Source: Emiliania huxleyi CCMP1516
Lineage: Eukaryota
Assembly (NCBI RefSeq): GCF_000372725.1
Contig: NW_005202428.1
Location: 915,331 to 979,330, forward strand
Reading direction: 5' to 3'
DNA length: 64,000 nucleotides
The translations under genes were made by a program, and so were the position numbers. Each line of letters starts with the position of its first letter. The first letter of the stretch is position 1. Below are positions 1 to 12,120 of the stretch, piece after piece. The notes under the pieces were generated by a model, which was given only the letters and a program-made list of their open reading frames with translations, was not told where the DNA came from and ran no database searches.

Positions 1-363
1 GTGTGTTTAGAAAGTCAGGTTGATAACAGTTTGCTTAAAAACAAGAGCAGCCCACGACTCATACGAGGTGAGCTGCATGAAAGAACCCCCTAAAAGCGTT
101 TCCCCGTACTCTCAATCAGCTTCTTCCAGATCTCTCTCAACTCCTTCTCATACCGGAGCGTCCACTCTCTCTCCGTCCACTGGTAGCCCGGATTGCACTC
201 TGGCGCGCGGCGGCGGCGTGTCGGAGGACTGCTCAGAGTCGCTGCAGTAGTCGTGCCACTGCCACGGTCATAGTCCGGGTACATCTCAGATCGGCACGAC
301 GTGGTCTGAGAGTTGGTTAGAAAACGTGTCCAGGTAGCACCTAATGTGGCGCCCACAGACGCT

Positions 364-2232
364 TCAAAGGCCCCCATCTGCACCTCCAAGTCCACACCAA
401 CCCCTTGCGCCGCGCATCACTACGTCGACCGTCTCTCCCGCCGCCGCCCCGTGCTCCTCGATCTGCGTATTGGTCGATACGACGCCGAGGCCGAACTTGC
501 TCGACTCGTCGATGCCGAACGAGACGACGCGCTTCGCCTTGGCCACGCGCACGTAGTTGATGCACTCGCCCGCGATAGTGAGCTCCATGCGCCGCGCCCG
601 CATCTGCCGCGCGGCCGGCTCGTGGTACACGACGTCGGGCGCCAACGCGTTGAGCACGTCGCTGATGATCTTGGGGACGGCGCCTGGTGGCGTGCGGCGC
701 GACAGCGCCGCCCACTCCAGCGGCCGGAGGCGCCAATCGCCCGCCTCGAACCGCCCGCGCTTATTGCGGCGCTGCTGCGCCGCGCCGCCGCCCTCCTCCT
801 CGTCACTCTCGCTCTCGCTCTCGCTCTCACGCTCCGCTCGCAGCTCCTCGACCTTGGTCTTGAGCTCCTTGACCTGGAGCTGCAGCCCGGGCAGCTTCGC
901 CGCGTCGCCCTCGACGGCGCGCGCCCGCTTGCGCGCCCTCGCCACCTCCGTCTTCTTCACGTCGAGCGCCGCCGCGTGCGCGAGGCCGGCGTCCTCGAGC
1001 TTCTGGTTTGCGCGCGCGAGCTTCTTCGTCAGCATGACGACGCGCACGTAGGACGCGCGCTCGACCGCCGCGTCGAACTTCTGCTTGCGCGTCGCGAGCT
1101 GCGCCGCCCGCGCCGCCTTCTGGGCCTCAGAGTAGCCGCGCTGCTGCGCCTCCTTGAACTTGCGCGCGTCGGCCCGCTTGCGCTCCGCGCGCTTCTTCGC
1201 CTTGTGGAGCTTGTCGGCCTTGTCCGCGCGCTGCGCGCGGCAAACCGCCAGCTCGCGCTCGAGCGCCTCGATCTTCTGGTCCTTCAACCCGATGGTCGCG
1301 GTCAGCGCCGCGTTCTCCTCGACCATCGACGGCGCCGAAGGCAGCGCGGCGGCGGCCGGCGGCAAGCCGAGAGCCGCGCGCAAAACTGGGCCGCGCCTGT
1401 AGATTAGGTCGGCGACGCGCGTGGCCGCCCACGTGTTGAAGCGCTTCGGCGGCCTCTTGCGCGGCGGCTGCCCGCCAAGCCCGCCATTGTCCGGGTGTTT
1501 CTTAAGTCCGGAGTGGTACAAGAGCAAGTGGTCGACTGTCACGCCCTCGCGCGCGCCGCGGCCCTCCCAGCCATCCACCGCCTTCTTCACGGCCTCGCAC
1601 GTCTCCTTGTGCCACTTGCCGTCTATGACCCGCTGAAACGGGTCGTAGTAGCCGGCGGGCGCCGCCGCCGTCGCCCAGCCCGCCTGCTCATCCGCAGCCT
1701 GCGCCGCGAGAGGCGCCAAACCCGCCGCCCATTCGGCGGTGTCCGCGGCGCTGGGCTCGAGAAGGACGATGAAGAGGGCGAAAATCAGCACCTCCGTATC
1801 CGTGGCGTCGGCGTGGTCCCGAACGAAGAACGTTTTGCCCTCGGAGGTGATGGGGGACAGGAGTTTCTCTCCTGCGCAGGCGTGCGAGCGAGCGTCAGCG
1901 CGCCGAGGTCCACTGCGTGTGACTGCACCCGCCGTGGCCGCGCGCACCGGGTCGGCCAGAAAGAGCATCGCCAACAGTCGCCTTGAGGGCCAGGGCGGCC
2001 CCGGGGAAGCCACCGTGCACCCGCCCGACCTGTGCAAGGTGCTTGGCAGCACTTGGTAGCTTGAGCGTGTCTCACAGCCCTGGCCGTGAAGCGCCCCCGC
2101 CCCGGCCTCCGGCGACCCGACGGCCGCCTCCGCGGCGGCGGCGCCCTGCGCGTCCAGCTGCAGCGCCATCGCCAGGGCCAAGCAAGCCGGGCCCTGAGGC
2201 CCCCGAGCAGTGCAAACATCCATCGCTTCCAT
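364..2232 (-). mobile_element. Putative DDE (hAT-like) transposase fragment with coiled coil, apparently 3'-truncated
   Basis: Long intronless ORF with a Lys/Ala/Arg coiled coil followed by KAKRVVSFGIDESSKFG, resembling the first catalytic-Asp strand (FSIxLDE[ST]) of hAT transposases. The ORF ends about 40 aa later at a drop in GC. Confidence 0.4.
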
Positions 2233-2633
2233 GCCTCGAGGAGCGATCTACCGGTTCTCACCCGTCGGCACAGACGCCGAACGAAAACGCCTCTCAACCT
2301 CCTCGAGATTCAGTTTGGGTTTGGGGCTTGGAAAATCAATGTTTTGGTGGACCATATCCCCCCCTACCAGAGCGCGCGTAAACTCTAGTACTCGAACAAC
2401 AAAAAGGAAAAAGGAAAAAATGCACGACAAGCCAGACCCGGCGCCCGGGTCGCGGCTTACGCTTCGACAGACGAGGACACCGCGGGCGGTTAAGCTGAAG
2501 GAGGGGTCGGAGCTCGGAGGCAGAATGTGTGATGTGAGGTGACACATTACGTCAGTACAAGCGCGACAGAGAGGGACTTCGCTGCGGGGCGTCCCCTGCG
2601 ACGGCAGCGTGTCGACCTCGGCAGCGGCCCCCA

Positions 2634-5600
2634 TCACCCGCAAGTGCGCGAGGCCCGCTCTCCGCTGTGCAGCCCGCCCGCCATGATCTCCAAAAACTGC
2701 GCCTTGAAGCGGCGTCCGGAGCCTTTCTCGATCACCTCGTCGACGAGCGGGCTCCGCCGCAGCTCCTCGAGCGAGGAGAGCGACTCGCCGGTGTGGATGA
2801 TGATCTTGCCTCCGAATCCGCGCGCGCGCAGCCGCCTCGAGAAAGGCGTCGAGAGGCAGTCAGATACAGCCACGGCCCGAGATCTAGCCGAGACCTAGCC
2901 GAGATTTGGCCGCGATCGAGCCGAGATCTAACCGCGACCCGCCGAGCGCCTCGCGAGGTCGAAGCCGTCGCTGGGTATCGACGGCGCCCCGCCGCGGACG
3001 CGCGCGAGCAAGTGCTCGGGGCACCTGCCTCGCCAACCACCCATGCATGAGTGGAGGCCGGGGTGGGGCGAGCGAAGAGGAGCGTCGGGGCACGGAGGCG
3101 GCAGCGTTAGGTTGAGGTCGATCACCTACCCACCACCCCCGTGCTTGTGACACACCCACCACTCATCGTGCGGCAGCGACAACCCGAGGGGCGAGCACCG
3201 CCACCGAGGCGGCGGCGTGCGGCGGCGGCAGCTCCAGAGCGAGGGCCTGCGAAGGGGTCATGCCCCTTAATGGCACCTCTCCCCTGACGCCTCTCTCACG
3301 CCACCTCTCTCACAGCATGAGTCTCTCATCTGTGGCCGATGGGCCCGTCGGGGCGCCTCCGGGTGTCGCACGCCCATGATGACGTCCTCCATCGCAAACT
3401 GCTCCTCGTGCGTCACGCCGAGCGTGAAGACGGCGTGCGTGCCTGTCCACGCCGGACCGCTGTGTGAAGGGTCCGAAGGGCGAAGGCGTCGAGGCGAGAA
3501 CAGACGCGGGCCCAAGTCTTTGAGCTGCGCCGCCATCACCACCTGCACCAACTCGTCGTCGTCGACCACAACGCAGTACGGCCGCCTCCGCGCCGCCGTC
3601 TCGCCCTACTCACGGCGGCTGACCCCGTCCGACGGAGCCGTGCGCTGCGAACCTCGGGCAATCTCCGGCTCTCGGCCGCCTCCGCCGCAGCCTCGAGACC
3701 AAGCGCCCGCTGGGGGCGAGGCGGCGAGCTGCCGCCGCCGTCTACAGCCGAGCAGAGACGCGAGGTGTGGCCGAGATATGGCCGAGATGTGAGGCGATGC
3801 GGCGACGCGCCGCCGCCGCCGCCGCCACCACAAGCCGCGTTCTGCGCGCCCCGCCGCGCCGGCATCCGCAGCCGGAAGACGGTGTGCATGCGCCCGTCCT
3901 CGCCTCGCCTCGCCTCCAGCCCAACCTAGCCCGTCCACTCCTTGATATGAGTCGGGGACGGAGCGGGGCCGCCTGCTGGCCGCCTCTCGAGGCGCCCGCC
4001 TCCCCCAGCGCCGCCTGCGCCGCCGCCCGCGCCGCCGGCAGCCCGATCCCGTCTGAGTGGCGCGCGGCGCGCTCCCCCTTTGAGCCGTGCTCAAAGGCGC
4101 GCTCAGCGGCGTGAGGGGTGAGGTGCCGGGAGCCGGCGGGGTCCAGAGAGTCCACCTGTGCGGGGGAGGAGCTGGGGGTGGCGAGGGGGTGGGGGTGACG
4201 AGGGGGCTGAAGAGGCGGCCGTTCAGAGGACTCCGGAGAGAGTGAGGAGGGGGGCAACGCGGTAGCGGGCAGGTCGATGGCACACCTCGAGGAGCACAGC
4301 CAACTCGTCGCCTATCAGCTGGGGACTCTGGACTCACCCCAAGCAACCAGCTGCCTCGAGGAGCGCCGCTAGCCGTCGCCGTCGTCGGCGGCGCCAACGG
4401 AGGCCGCGCTCACCCGAATCTGGATGTCGCTGCCTAGTTGACGGCGCGACCAAAGTCAATCAAAGGGTCACGGGAGCCCTTCCGACCCGGGGCGTCGCTT
4501 CCCTCGTCGCCGTACTTTCGCGCGTTGGACATCGCCTCCTCGAGCGCCAGCGCGGTCGCCGCGGTGTCGATCCACAGCCCCGGCGGGCAGTCGATCTGCA
4601 GCCTCACGCCGCGGCCGGCGAACGCACGCAGCAGGTCGTGCACCGCCACATGCTGCTGCGAAGTCTTGTACATTCCCCGCGCCTATCTCGCGTCAATCTC
4701 GGGGTCAGCCTCGGGCGGTCGTCGGTCCCTGGGGAGAGTGACCCACGCCCCGTGCCAGCTGCATGAAGAACTCGCGGCGGTGGATCCAAGTCACGCAGCC
4801 CTGAAGCACTTGCTGCGCATCGGCGAGCATCCTGTCGGCCGTGCCTACCGGAACTCTCAGCGGCGGGGTCGGGCGCGAGGGTCCGCTTGCTGCGTGTTGG
4901 CGCGTCGTGTCGGCCGCGCCCTCTGCGGCTGCCGGGGCGGCGCCGCTCGGAGAGCGCCGCGCGATGTCCTTGCGGGTGAGCTCGATCCAGTGGTCAATCA
5001 GGATAATCTTGTTTTTGAGGACATGGTTCAGGTGGGAGTCGGCGGCCGCAGACTCGCGCGACTTGTTGAGGGCGGCGACGTGCATCTGCTCGTTCTCTCG
5101 CTTGAGCTTCTCGAGCAGGTAGGCGAAGCAGGTGCCTAAGGGTGGCCTCGAGTGGTCTCGGGCTAGGTCTGCAGGTAGGCAAAGCAGGCGCCTGGTTCTC
5201 GGGACGTCTCGGAGATCTCGTGCGATCTTGGGCTTGATCTCGGGGGATCTCGAGCAGTAGGGCGACGTGCGCCGGTGAGAAGAGCGCTGAGGTTGGTGGC
5301 GATGAACTCAACCTGCGGTGAGGCGAGGTGGTGAGGCGAGGTGAGGTCGGCTTCTCAACAGCTAGTGAGGGGCAGGGACGGGCAGTCCATGTCTACGTCT
5401 CGAGACCTGCGTCATCCCCTCGACCCAGACGGGCGACGCGGTGGTGGCGGCGACGGCGATGGCGACAACGGCGCTCCGCTGAGCGTGCGAGAAGGTGCGG
5501 ATCATGAGGATGATCGGGTACAGCACCATCGCGATGGAGTACATCCCGAGGATCAGAACGGGCGCGCGAATCGGCCGCTGGTGGAAGACCCAGGCGCTCA

Positions 5601-5970
5601 TCACCCAGATGGATGCGTCCACCGCGCACATCAGTCGCGTGCCGACCCGCTGCGCCCAGCACTCGTCGGCTGAGTGGTGCAGACCCACGCGTATCACGAT
5701 CACGCCGGCAAAGCACGGCCCCAGCGTGAGGGAGGCGAAGCGGAAACCTTCGGCGTCGAGCAAGGCGCCCGCCGCGAACATGATAAGCAGTGAGGAGGAG
5801 TAGAGAAGGTGGAGGATGTAAGCGCCGCGGAACTGCTCGGCTACCCAGTTCCGCTCTGCATCGCTGTCGGAGAAGGCGAGCGAGGCGGTCAGCACGTGCG
5901 CCCCGCCGTAGGAGGCTGCGGCGGCGGCACGGCGCACGCCGCGATTGCCCGTGGAGCGGCCGCTCTGCAT
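2634..5970 (-). CDS. Membrane-bound hybrid sensor histidine kinase (TM - HisKA - HATPase - receiver), multi-exon
   Basis: In order: hydrophobic helices (5362-5970), H-box SHLNHVLKN (~5020), N-box EEAMSNARKYG (~4520), F/G2 boxes AFEHGSKG..SDGIGL (~4050-4095), then receiver pieces VDDDELVQVVM (~3560), VIDLNL (~3120), DGFDLARR (~2960) and KIIIHTG..VDEVIEKG (~2720-2805). Confidence 0.85.
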
Positions 5971-6181
5971 CCGCCAGGATCTGGCGAGAGGCCTACATCA
6001 TCCAGCATTTCGTTTCATTAAGCTCAGGAAGGTGCAGTGAAAATTCGTACACCCCGCTTAAATAATTTAGGAATTGCGACTTCGCCGCCTTTCCTGCTCT
6101 TTTTTGGTAAAAGAAAACTTTCGCGCGCTTCAGCAACGACCTCTAGCTGTCTCTCAGCTCTCGCCGCCGCGCCGGCTAAAC

Positions 6182-9100
6182 ATGGAGCGTCCGGTGCAGC
6201 CGGTGGCGCCACCGCTTGCGCTCGTTGAGAACCTGGACTCGCCCGCTCCACCGCTCGAGGCGGTGGATGCCGAGGTCGCCGCCGCGATCGACGATCTGGC
6301 GACGCAGGTAACCTGCGAGAGCTGCCACAGCTGCTACCGCGACCCCCAGGTCTTGGACTGCGGCCACCGCTTTTGCAGGGAGTGCCTCGAGCAGGCGAGC
6401 TCGGCTGACCGCTGCTCCCTATGCGCCACCTCCTTCCACGCCAGAGACGTCAAGCCGTCTGCGCTCTTCGGCGAGGTCTCCACGCGCTTCATCGAGCTCA
6501 TCGGCGAGCTCCGGGCGCCCAAGCGCGCCCGCTTCGGCGGCCCGGTCTCGTGCAGCCTGTCCTCGGAGGGCGAGGCGGCGGCCCTGCGAGCGAAGCTGCG
6601 CGCGTTGGAGCGGTCGCTCCGCGCGCAGAGCGAAGTGCTGACTGCGAGCGTGAGCGGTCCCTTTGCCGGCCAGCTGCGGCTGCGCGGCGTCGAGTGTGCG
6701 CCGCCGGGCGATCAGCGGCAGCGGCTCTCCTCGCCGGGGCGGAGTGGGCCGGGGCGGGCGGTCGAGGGGCGAGGGGGGGAGGAGGGGCGACAAGGGCCGC
6801 AGCACGAGGTTCCGTGGCGGGAGAGCCTCGGCCAGCAGGTGGAGCAACACCAGCAGGTGGAGCAACACCAGGACGTGGGGCGGCAGCGGGAGGTGGAGCA
6901 ACACCAGGACGTGGGGCGGCAGCGGCGGCCTGCGCCGGAGAGGCCTCCCGCGCCCGAGACGAGCCCTCCGCCCGAGCAGCTCCGACCTCTGCAGCCGAGA
7001 GAGGCGGCGGCGACAGCGGCGCCTCTCGCCGCAGCGGTCCTCTCCTCGTCGTCTCTGCTCGCCGTCTCTGCTCGCCGTCTCTTCACGACGGCGGAGGTGC
7101 GAGTAGGCGGCGGAGTCGACGAGCCGCCCCGCGACAGCACGCCCCTCCGCCCCGCCCTCGGCCAGCTGGCCGCCACCGCCTTCGAGGAGCGGGAAGGAGG
7201 GAGGCGAGCCCCCCCCCCCCGCCGCGGAGGGGCTGCTGCGGCCCGCTGCGGGCTCTCTCTTCTGTGGGACCCTGCTGAGGGCCGCTCTCTCGCTGTTGCG
7301 CGAGGCGTGCCCCCGGCCATTTGCTCTCACCTGGCACCCTTGGCTGCACGACTCGCGCGCGCGTGAACACGGCTCCAGGTCCCACATGACGGGTGAGTGC
7401 TAGATTTGCTTGGTTATTGCTAAAAATCTCTCTCTCGCCCACACTCCGACAAGAAATCTCTCTCTCACAACACCGTCGACTCACACCCCACACGATGCAC
7501 CTGCCCTTGTCGGAACCAAGCCTCGCTCGGGATAGAAGAGATTTTTGCCAATACCTCGTATCGGGCNNNNNNNNNNNNNNNNNNNNNNNNNNNNNNNNNN
7601 NNNNNNNNNNNNNNNNNNNNNNNNNNNNNNNNNNNNNNNNNNNNNNNNNNNNNNNNNNNNNNNNNNCACACGCCAATAGGCCCCCACACACACACACCAC
7701 CACCACCACACACACACACACACACACCACCACCACCACCACCACCACCACCACCACCACCACCACCACCACCGCATCCCGCGCCCCCCCCCGCAGGCAG
7801 GGCCGGCGGCGAGGTGTCGGAGGAGGCGAGAGGGGCGGCGAGGGGTGCTTGCGCGGCGGCGGCGGCGGCAGAGACGGCGTCCAGTGAGGAGGAGGAGGAA
7901 GGGGGGGGTGGGGGCGGCGAGGCGGCGGCGGCGGCGAGGCGGTCTCGCGTCCTCTCCCCCGTGCTGTTGGCGACGAGCTCTGCGCGAGGGCGGGCTCCTG
8001 CCGAGAGACGCCGAGACTCAGCTGAGGTTGGCCCGAGACTAGGCGACAACCCTCGACGAGGAGGAGGTGCGCCTGCTCAACTCCCTCGCGCGACAGCACG
8101 GCGTGCTCGGCCGGTCGGCGGGCCGAGTTGCGAGGTCCACCCGAGATCCAGCCGCGGTGTGAGCGAGGTGTAGGCGGCAAGGTGGTGACGAAGTGGAGCT
8201 CGGCAGCCGCGCAGCCCCTCGCTTGCGTCGAGATCGCGATCTCTCGGCTGCATCTGCGGCACGCGTGGGGAGTAGGCTGTCACGCACCTACTAATTAACT
8301 AATTAGTTCATTACTTAGTTAATGAGTAGTTAATGAGTAGTTAATGAGTAGGCTGTCACGCACCTCGTCTCGACAACGCGCTGCTCGTCCAACGGCGCCG
8401 CCGCGGGGCAGCGCCGGCTAGATGCCAAGCGCAGACAGCGTGCAGTCCGAGCGAGACGCGAAAGCGTGCGCCGTGAGAGGGGGGGCGCGATCAGCTGCAC
8501 TCACTGCTTGCGCGCGTGCACTCACTGCTTGCGCGCGCTCCGTGGCGTAGGCAGCGCCTCTGCGGGCGCACGATCAAGTACATGTCTGCGGTGCTGTCTG
8601 GCCAGTGGGTGGTCGCGTCCTCCTGGCTCCGCGCTTCCTCGGCGGCGGCCGGCTGGGTGGCGGAGGAGGAGCACGAGGTACGGGCCTCTCGGCTAGCCTC
8701 GGCTAGCTTCGGCCTCACTTCGCCTAGCCTCGGCCAGCCTCGGGCTCACCTCGGGCTCTTCTCGCGAGGTGCACGGCGACAACTCGTCCATCTCCGCCGT
8801 CAGCGGCCTCGGCGCCGGAGGCCCTCGCAGGGGAAGGCGAGAGGCAGCCGAGAGGCAGCCGAGAGGCAGCCGAGGCACCGGAGGCCCCCCCTGGGGAATA
8901 CCCCCAGGGGAAGAGGATGCCAGCGAGGGGGCGGCGCCACGCCGCTCTGTTCTTGCCGCCTGCCCCTGAGCCGGCCTCTGCCCCCCTCCCGCAGGCTCCA
9001 CCTCGAGGGCGGGGGCCCTCGCCTCTTCGACGGCCTCCACTTCCACCTGCACGGGCCCTTCAACAAGCCCTCCCGGAAGGACCTCCTCTCCCTCCTCCGC

Positions 9101-9455
9101 GAGGGAGGCGGCACCGCCGCCGCGGACAAGTGGCCCGACAGCCGCGGCGCGCCCGGCAGTAGCGCCGAACACCAACACACCCGCAGCGTCGCCGCTCGCC
9201 TCTGCAAGGCGCCCCGCCGCCCCGCCGTCCCGTTAAGTCCCGCTGCGCGTGTCACCAGGTGCCGCGGCGGACCCGCTCGTGCTGTACGGCGACCTTCCCG
9301 ACGACGAGCTCGAGCCGCTGCAGAGCCGCTGCGCCGAGAGTGGCCTCGGCCCGCCCGCCCACGCCAATTGGGTCTTCGAGTCCATCTCGCGGCACGAGTG
9401 CCTCCCGCGGCCCGGCGTGGCAGAGGTGCCGTCCCAAGAGTCCGAGGTGTACTGA
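6182..9455 (+). CDS. BRCA1/BARD1-like protein (N-terminal C3HC4 RING, C-terminal tandem BRCT); spans the assembly gap
   Basis: RING CESC..CGHRFCREC..CSLC. BRCT1 VTHLV..RTIKYMSAVLSGQWVVASSWL. BRCT2 PRLFDGLHFHLHGPF..RKDLLSLLREGGG..NWVFESIS. Continuity across the N gap is not proven. Confidence 0.75.
7351..7436 (+). repeat. Dispersed repeat, second copy at 62651-62735
   Basis: ACTCGCGCGCGCGTGAACA.GGCTCCAGG...GTGAGTG.TAGA....TATTGCTAAAAATCTCTCTCTC is shared by both sites. Confidence 0.85.
7567..7666. other. Assembly gap (100 N), followed by CA/CAC microsatellite to ~7772
   Basis: Run of N. Confidence 1.
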
Positions 9456-9503
9456 GGAGGTCGTGAGGTGACGCGCTGACGGCGGTGCGGGACGATGGGA
9501 GTA

Positions 9504-11127
9504 ATGGAAATCTCTGCGCAAGACCAGTAGATCGTTGGGGTAGAGATAGTAGATTAAGACTGGAGATCCTAGCGGATCTCTCACACGGACACGCCCAAGT
9601 CTCGCCAGTAGATCCGTCCTGTCCGGTTCCCCATTCAAGACTAAAGATCGAAGATTGAGATTGTGGATTGCAGATCGCTCTGAGCAGCAGCAGGGCCAAA
9701 ATGTGGAGATAGGAGATGGAGAATGCAGATTGTAGATCCTAGCGCCCAGCCATCCGCCCCAGATGTGAGATCGAAGATTGAAAATGGAGGTCGTAGATTG
9801 CTGCCGGCGGCGACAGTGGCCAAGTAGAAGATTGGAGATTGGAGATGAGAGATGGTCAGTGTGAATGAATCCAAATTGCATCTCCTTGAAGGTTTGAGCC
9901 CCCCTCCTCCCCCGGGCCCCCGAATCGAGATTGGAGATTGGAGATTGGAGATTGAGATCGGAGATCTGATCCGGCCTAAGATGACGACGTTGGAGATTGG
10001 AGATTGAAGATGGAGATCGGAGATCTGACTGGATCCCCGGCCTAAGATGACGACGCTGTGGATTAGAGAATATTGGAGATGGGGAGATCGGAGCCCACCC
10101 ACCCCCTAGAGCCTAGTGGTGTTGATAGATGTTTTATAGATTTTTGTTTTTCCCTGTGGTCTGTGCGCGGACGGCCCGGGGAGCCTGCGGCGCCATTTTA
10201 ATCTGCGCTCCTCTTTATGGCCTGCGGCGCCTGGCTTGAGCTTGGAAGTGTAAACGAGTCCGCCAGGGCGGTCTGCAAACGGAGCGCGCTGCGCGCGCGG
10301 TCTATGTACGCGGTCTATGTCGGCGAGCCTATTTGCCGAGTTGGCAGCGTGAACCATGATACCGCCCCCAGTTCGGCGTAGACCGCGCGCGCCGCGCAGC
10401 GCGCTTCGTGTTTGCAGACCGCCCTGGCGGACTCGTTTACACTTCCAAGCTCAAGCCAGGCGCCGCAGGCCATAAAGAGGAGCGCAGATTAAAATTGCGC
10501 CGCAGGCTCCCCGGGCCGTCCGCGCACAGACCTTTATCTAAAACAAAACAAAAAAATCGATGAGACACCACTAGGGGCTGGGGGGCTCCGATCTCCATCT
10601 CTCCAGTACTCTCCAATCTCCAGCGTCGCTATATCTTAGGCCGGATCCAGTCAGATCTCCGATCTCCATCTTCAATCTCCAATCTCCAACGTCGTCATCT
10701 TAGGCCGGATTCAGTCAGATCTCCGATCTCCATCTCCAATCTCCAATCTCCACTGTCGATTCGGGGGCCCGGGGGAGGAGGGGGGCTCAAACCTTCAAGG
10801 AGATGCGCTATGGACTCATTCACAATGCAAAAGGATCTCCACCCTCTTTTCGCGCCATTTTGCAATCTCCAGTCGGCCCACACGATCTCTAGGCGCCTTT
10901 GGCGCGAAGTCAGAATCTCCACCTCTGTCGCAAGATCTCAAGCGACTGCACGCACCAAACGCGAGATCTCAGACTCCTCTCGAGCATCTACACCGGAGAA
11001 GATTTGCCTCCACCAGTTCTTCAATCTACTGCAGCTCTTGGCAGGAGATTTGCCACTTAAGAGATCTCTAAAAGGCATCTACGATCTACAGTCCAAGGAT
11101 CTTCCGATGTTGCGCAAAGATTTCCAT
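9504..11127. mobile_element. Non-autonomous foldback-type element with long inverted arms
   Basis: Termini ATGGAAATCTCTGCGCAA / TTGCGCAAAGATTTCCAT (17 of 18 complementary), flanked by GTA on both sides (9501-9503, 11128-11130). Arms ~9860-10304 and ~10379-10824 are reverse complements and carry GGAGATT / AATCTCC subrepeats. Confidence 0.85.
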
Positions 11128-11215
11128 GTATGCGCCGCCGCAGGCGCGGCGTTTTGCCGGCCCGGAGCGGGTTTTCACGAGACACGAGCGCCACGGCCCA
11201 CGCGTTGCGCGTCCG

Positions 11216-11803
11216 TCATGTCGAACCGCTAGCCTCCGCGGAGACGGCCGCATCCGCCGCCGCGAGGCAGGCCTCGACCAGGTCCTCGCCCGCCGAAAAG
11301 AAGTGCGAGCGGCCCGGCTGCACACGAAGCGGGACGCCGAGGCTCTCGGCCACGTGCTGCGCCTCGGGAAGCGGGATGAACGGGTCGTTGTCGCTGTGGA
11401 GAATCACGATGTTCCCGGCGGCGTGTTTGCGAATCTGGGACCACTTCCATTCGCCTCCAGAGGGCGGGTAGTAGCCCGACGCCGCCTCACCAGCGTCGCC
11501 GAGGTCGGTGTGGCATGCAGAAACGAGCACACATCCGGCGAGCCGGTGCTCCTCCAGCAGCCGCATCGCCGCAACCGCGCCACTGCTGTGGCCGACCACT
11601 ATGGTGTCGGGCCGAGAGCAGCCGAGCGTGGAGAGCATGAAGGGTAGCCACACAGACCGCCGCGCTTTATGCGGATCGGGCATGGTCTCGCACACGACCT
11701 CATCAAAGCGGCCGCAGTCGCGCAGCCGCTTGTCGAGCCACGCGTACCAGTTGGCGTCGAGGATGTTGTCGCAGCCGTTGCCGGGAACTATGACGATGCG
11801 CAT
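11216..11803 (-). CDS. RBBP9: RBBP9/YdeN-family serine hydrolase
   Basis: IVPGNG..NWY, MPDP..AR...WLPF, nucleophile GHSSG, HSDNDPFIP and RSHF complete the Ser-Asp-His triad. Intronless. Confidence 0.9.
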   Translation of the reverse strand: MRIVIVPGNGCDNILDANWYAWLDKRLRDCGRFDEVVCETMPDPHKARRSVWLPFMLSTLGCSRPDTIVVGHSSGAVAAMRLLEEHRLAGCVLVSACHTDLGDAGEAASGYYPPSGGEWKWSQIRKHAAGNIVILHSDNDPFIPLPEAQHVAESLGVPLRVQPGRSHFFSAGEDLVEACLAAADAAVSAEASGST

Positions 11804-11959
11804 GTGTGTCCTAACGGTGTGAGGGCGCGGCGGAGGGCGTGTTTGGCGATTCAATAAGGGGGCATCTCGCCCACCCTTGGGCGTCCGCCTCTTCATGCAC
11901 CTGCCACCTCGCGGTCGTCCCACTCTCTTCGTTCTCTCTCTTGTCGCTTCTTCCTGTTT

Positions 11960-12120
11960 CGCGTCGCTCTCCTCTGCCTCGTTCTGCGACGCCGCCGCCG
12001 CCTGCCGATCCCGTGCTCTCGCTTCTTCTCTCGCCTTTCGTCGCAGCTCTGCCCTGCTCGCGGCATATTTTGGCCCCTCGAGTTTATCGAGCTCTCCTCG
12101 CGCAAGGACGACTCTTCTGA
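11960..12120 (+). repeat. Dispersed repeat (second copy 36033-36193) encoding a minus-strand peptide RRxVLARGELDxLEGP..RAELRRKA
   Basis: Two diverged copies conserve the same reading frame. Probably the C-terminal part of a mobile-element ORF. Confidence 0.8.

Noticed and set aside
313..1407. 364-aa plus-strand ORF and many similar long Arg/Ala/Gly-rich ORFs across the window
   Set aside because: Antisense or frame shadows of real genes in high-GC DNA, with no motifs.
6832..6928. Tandem GGTGGAGCAACACCAG repeats
   Set aside because: Ordinary minisatellite within the BRCA1-like gene region.
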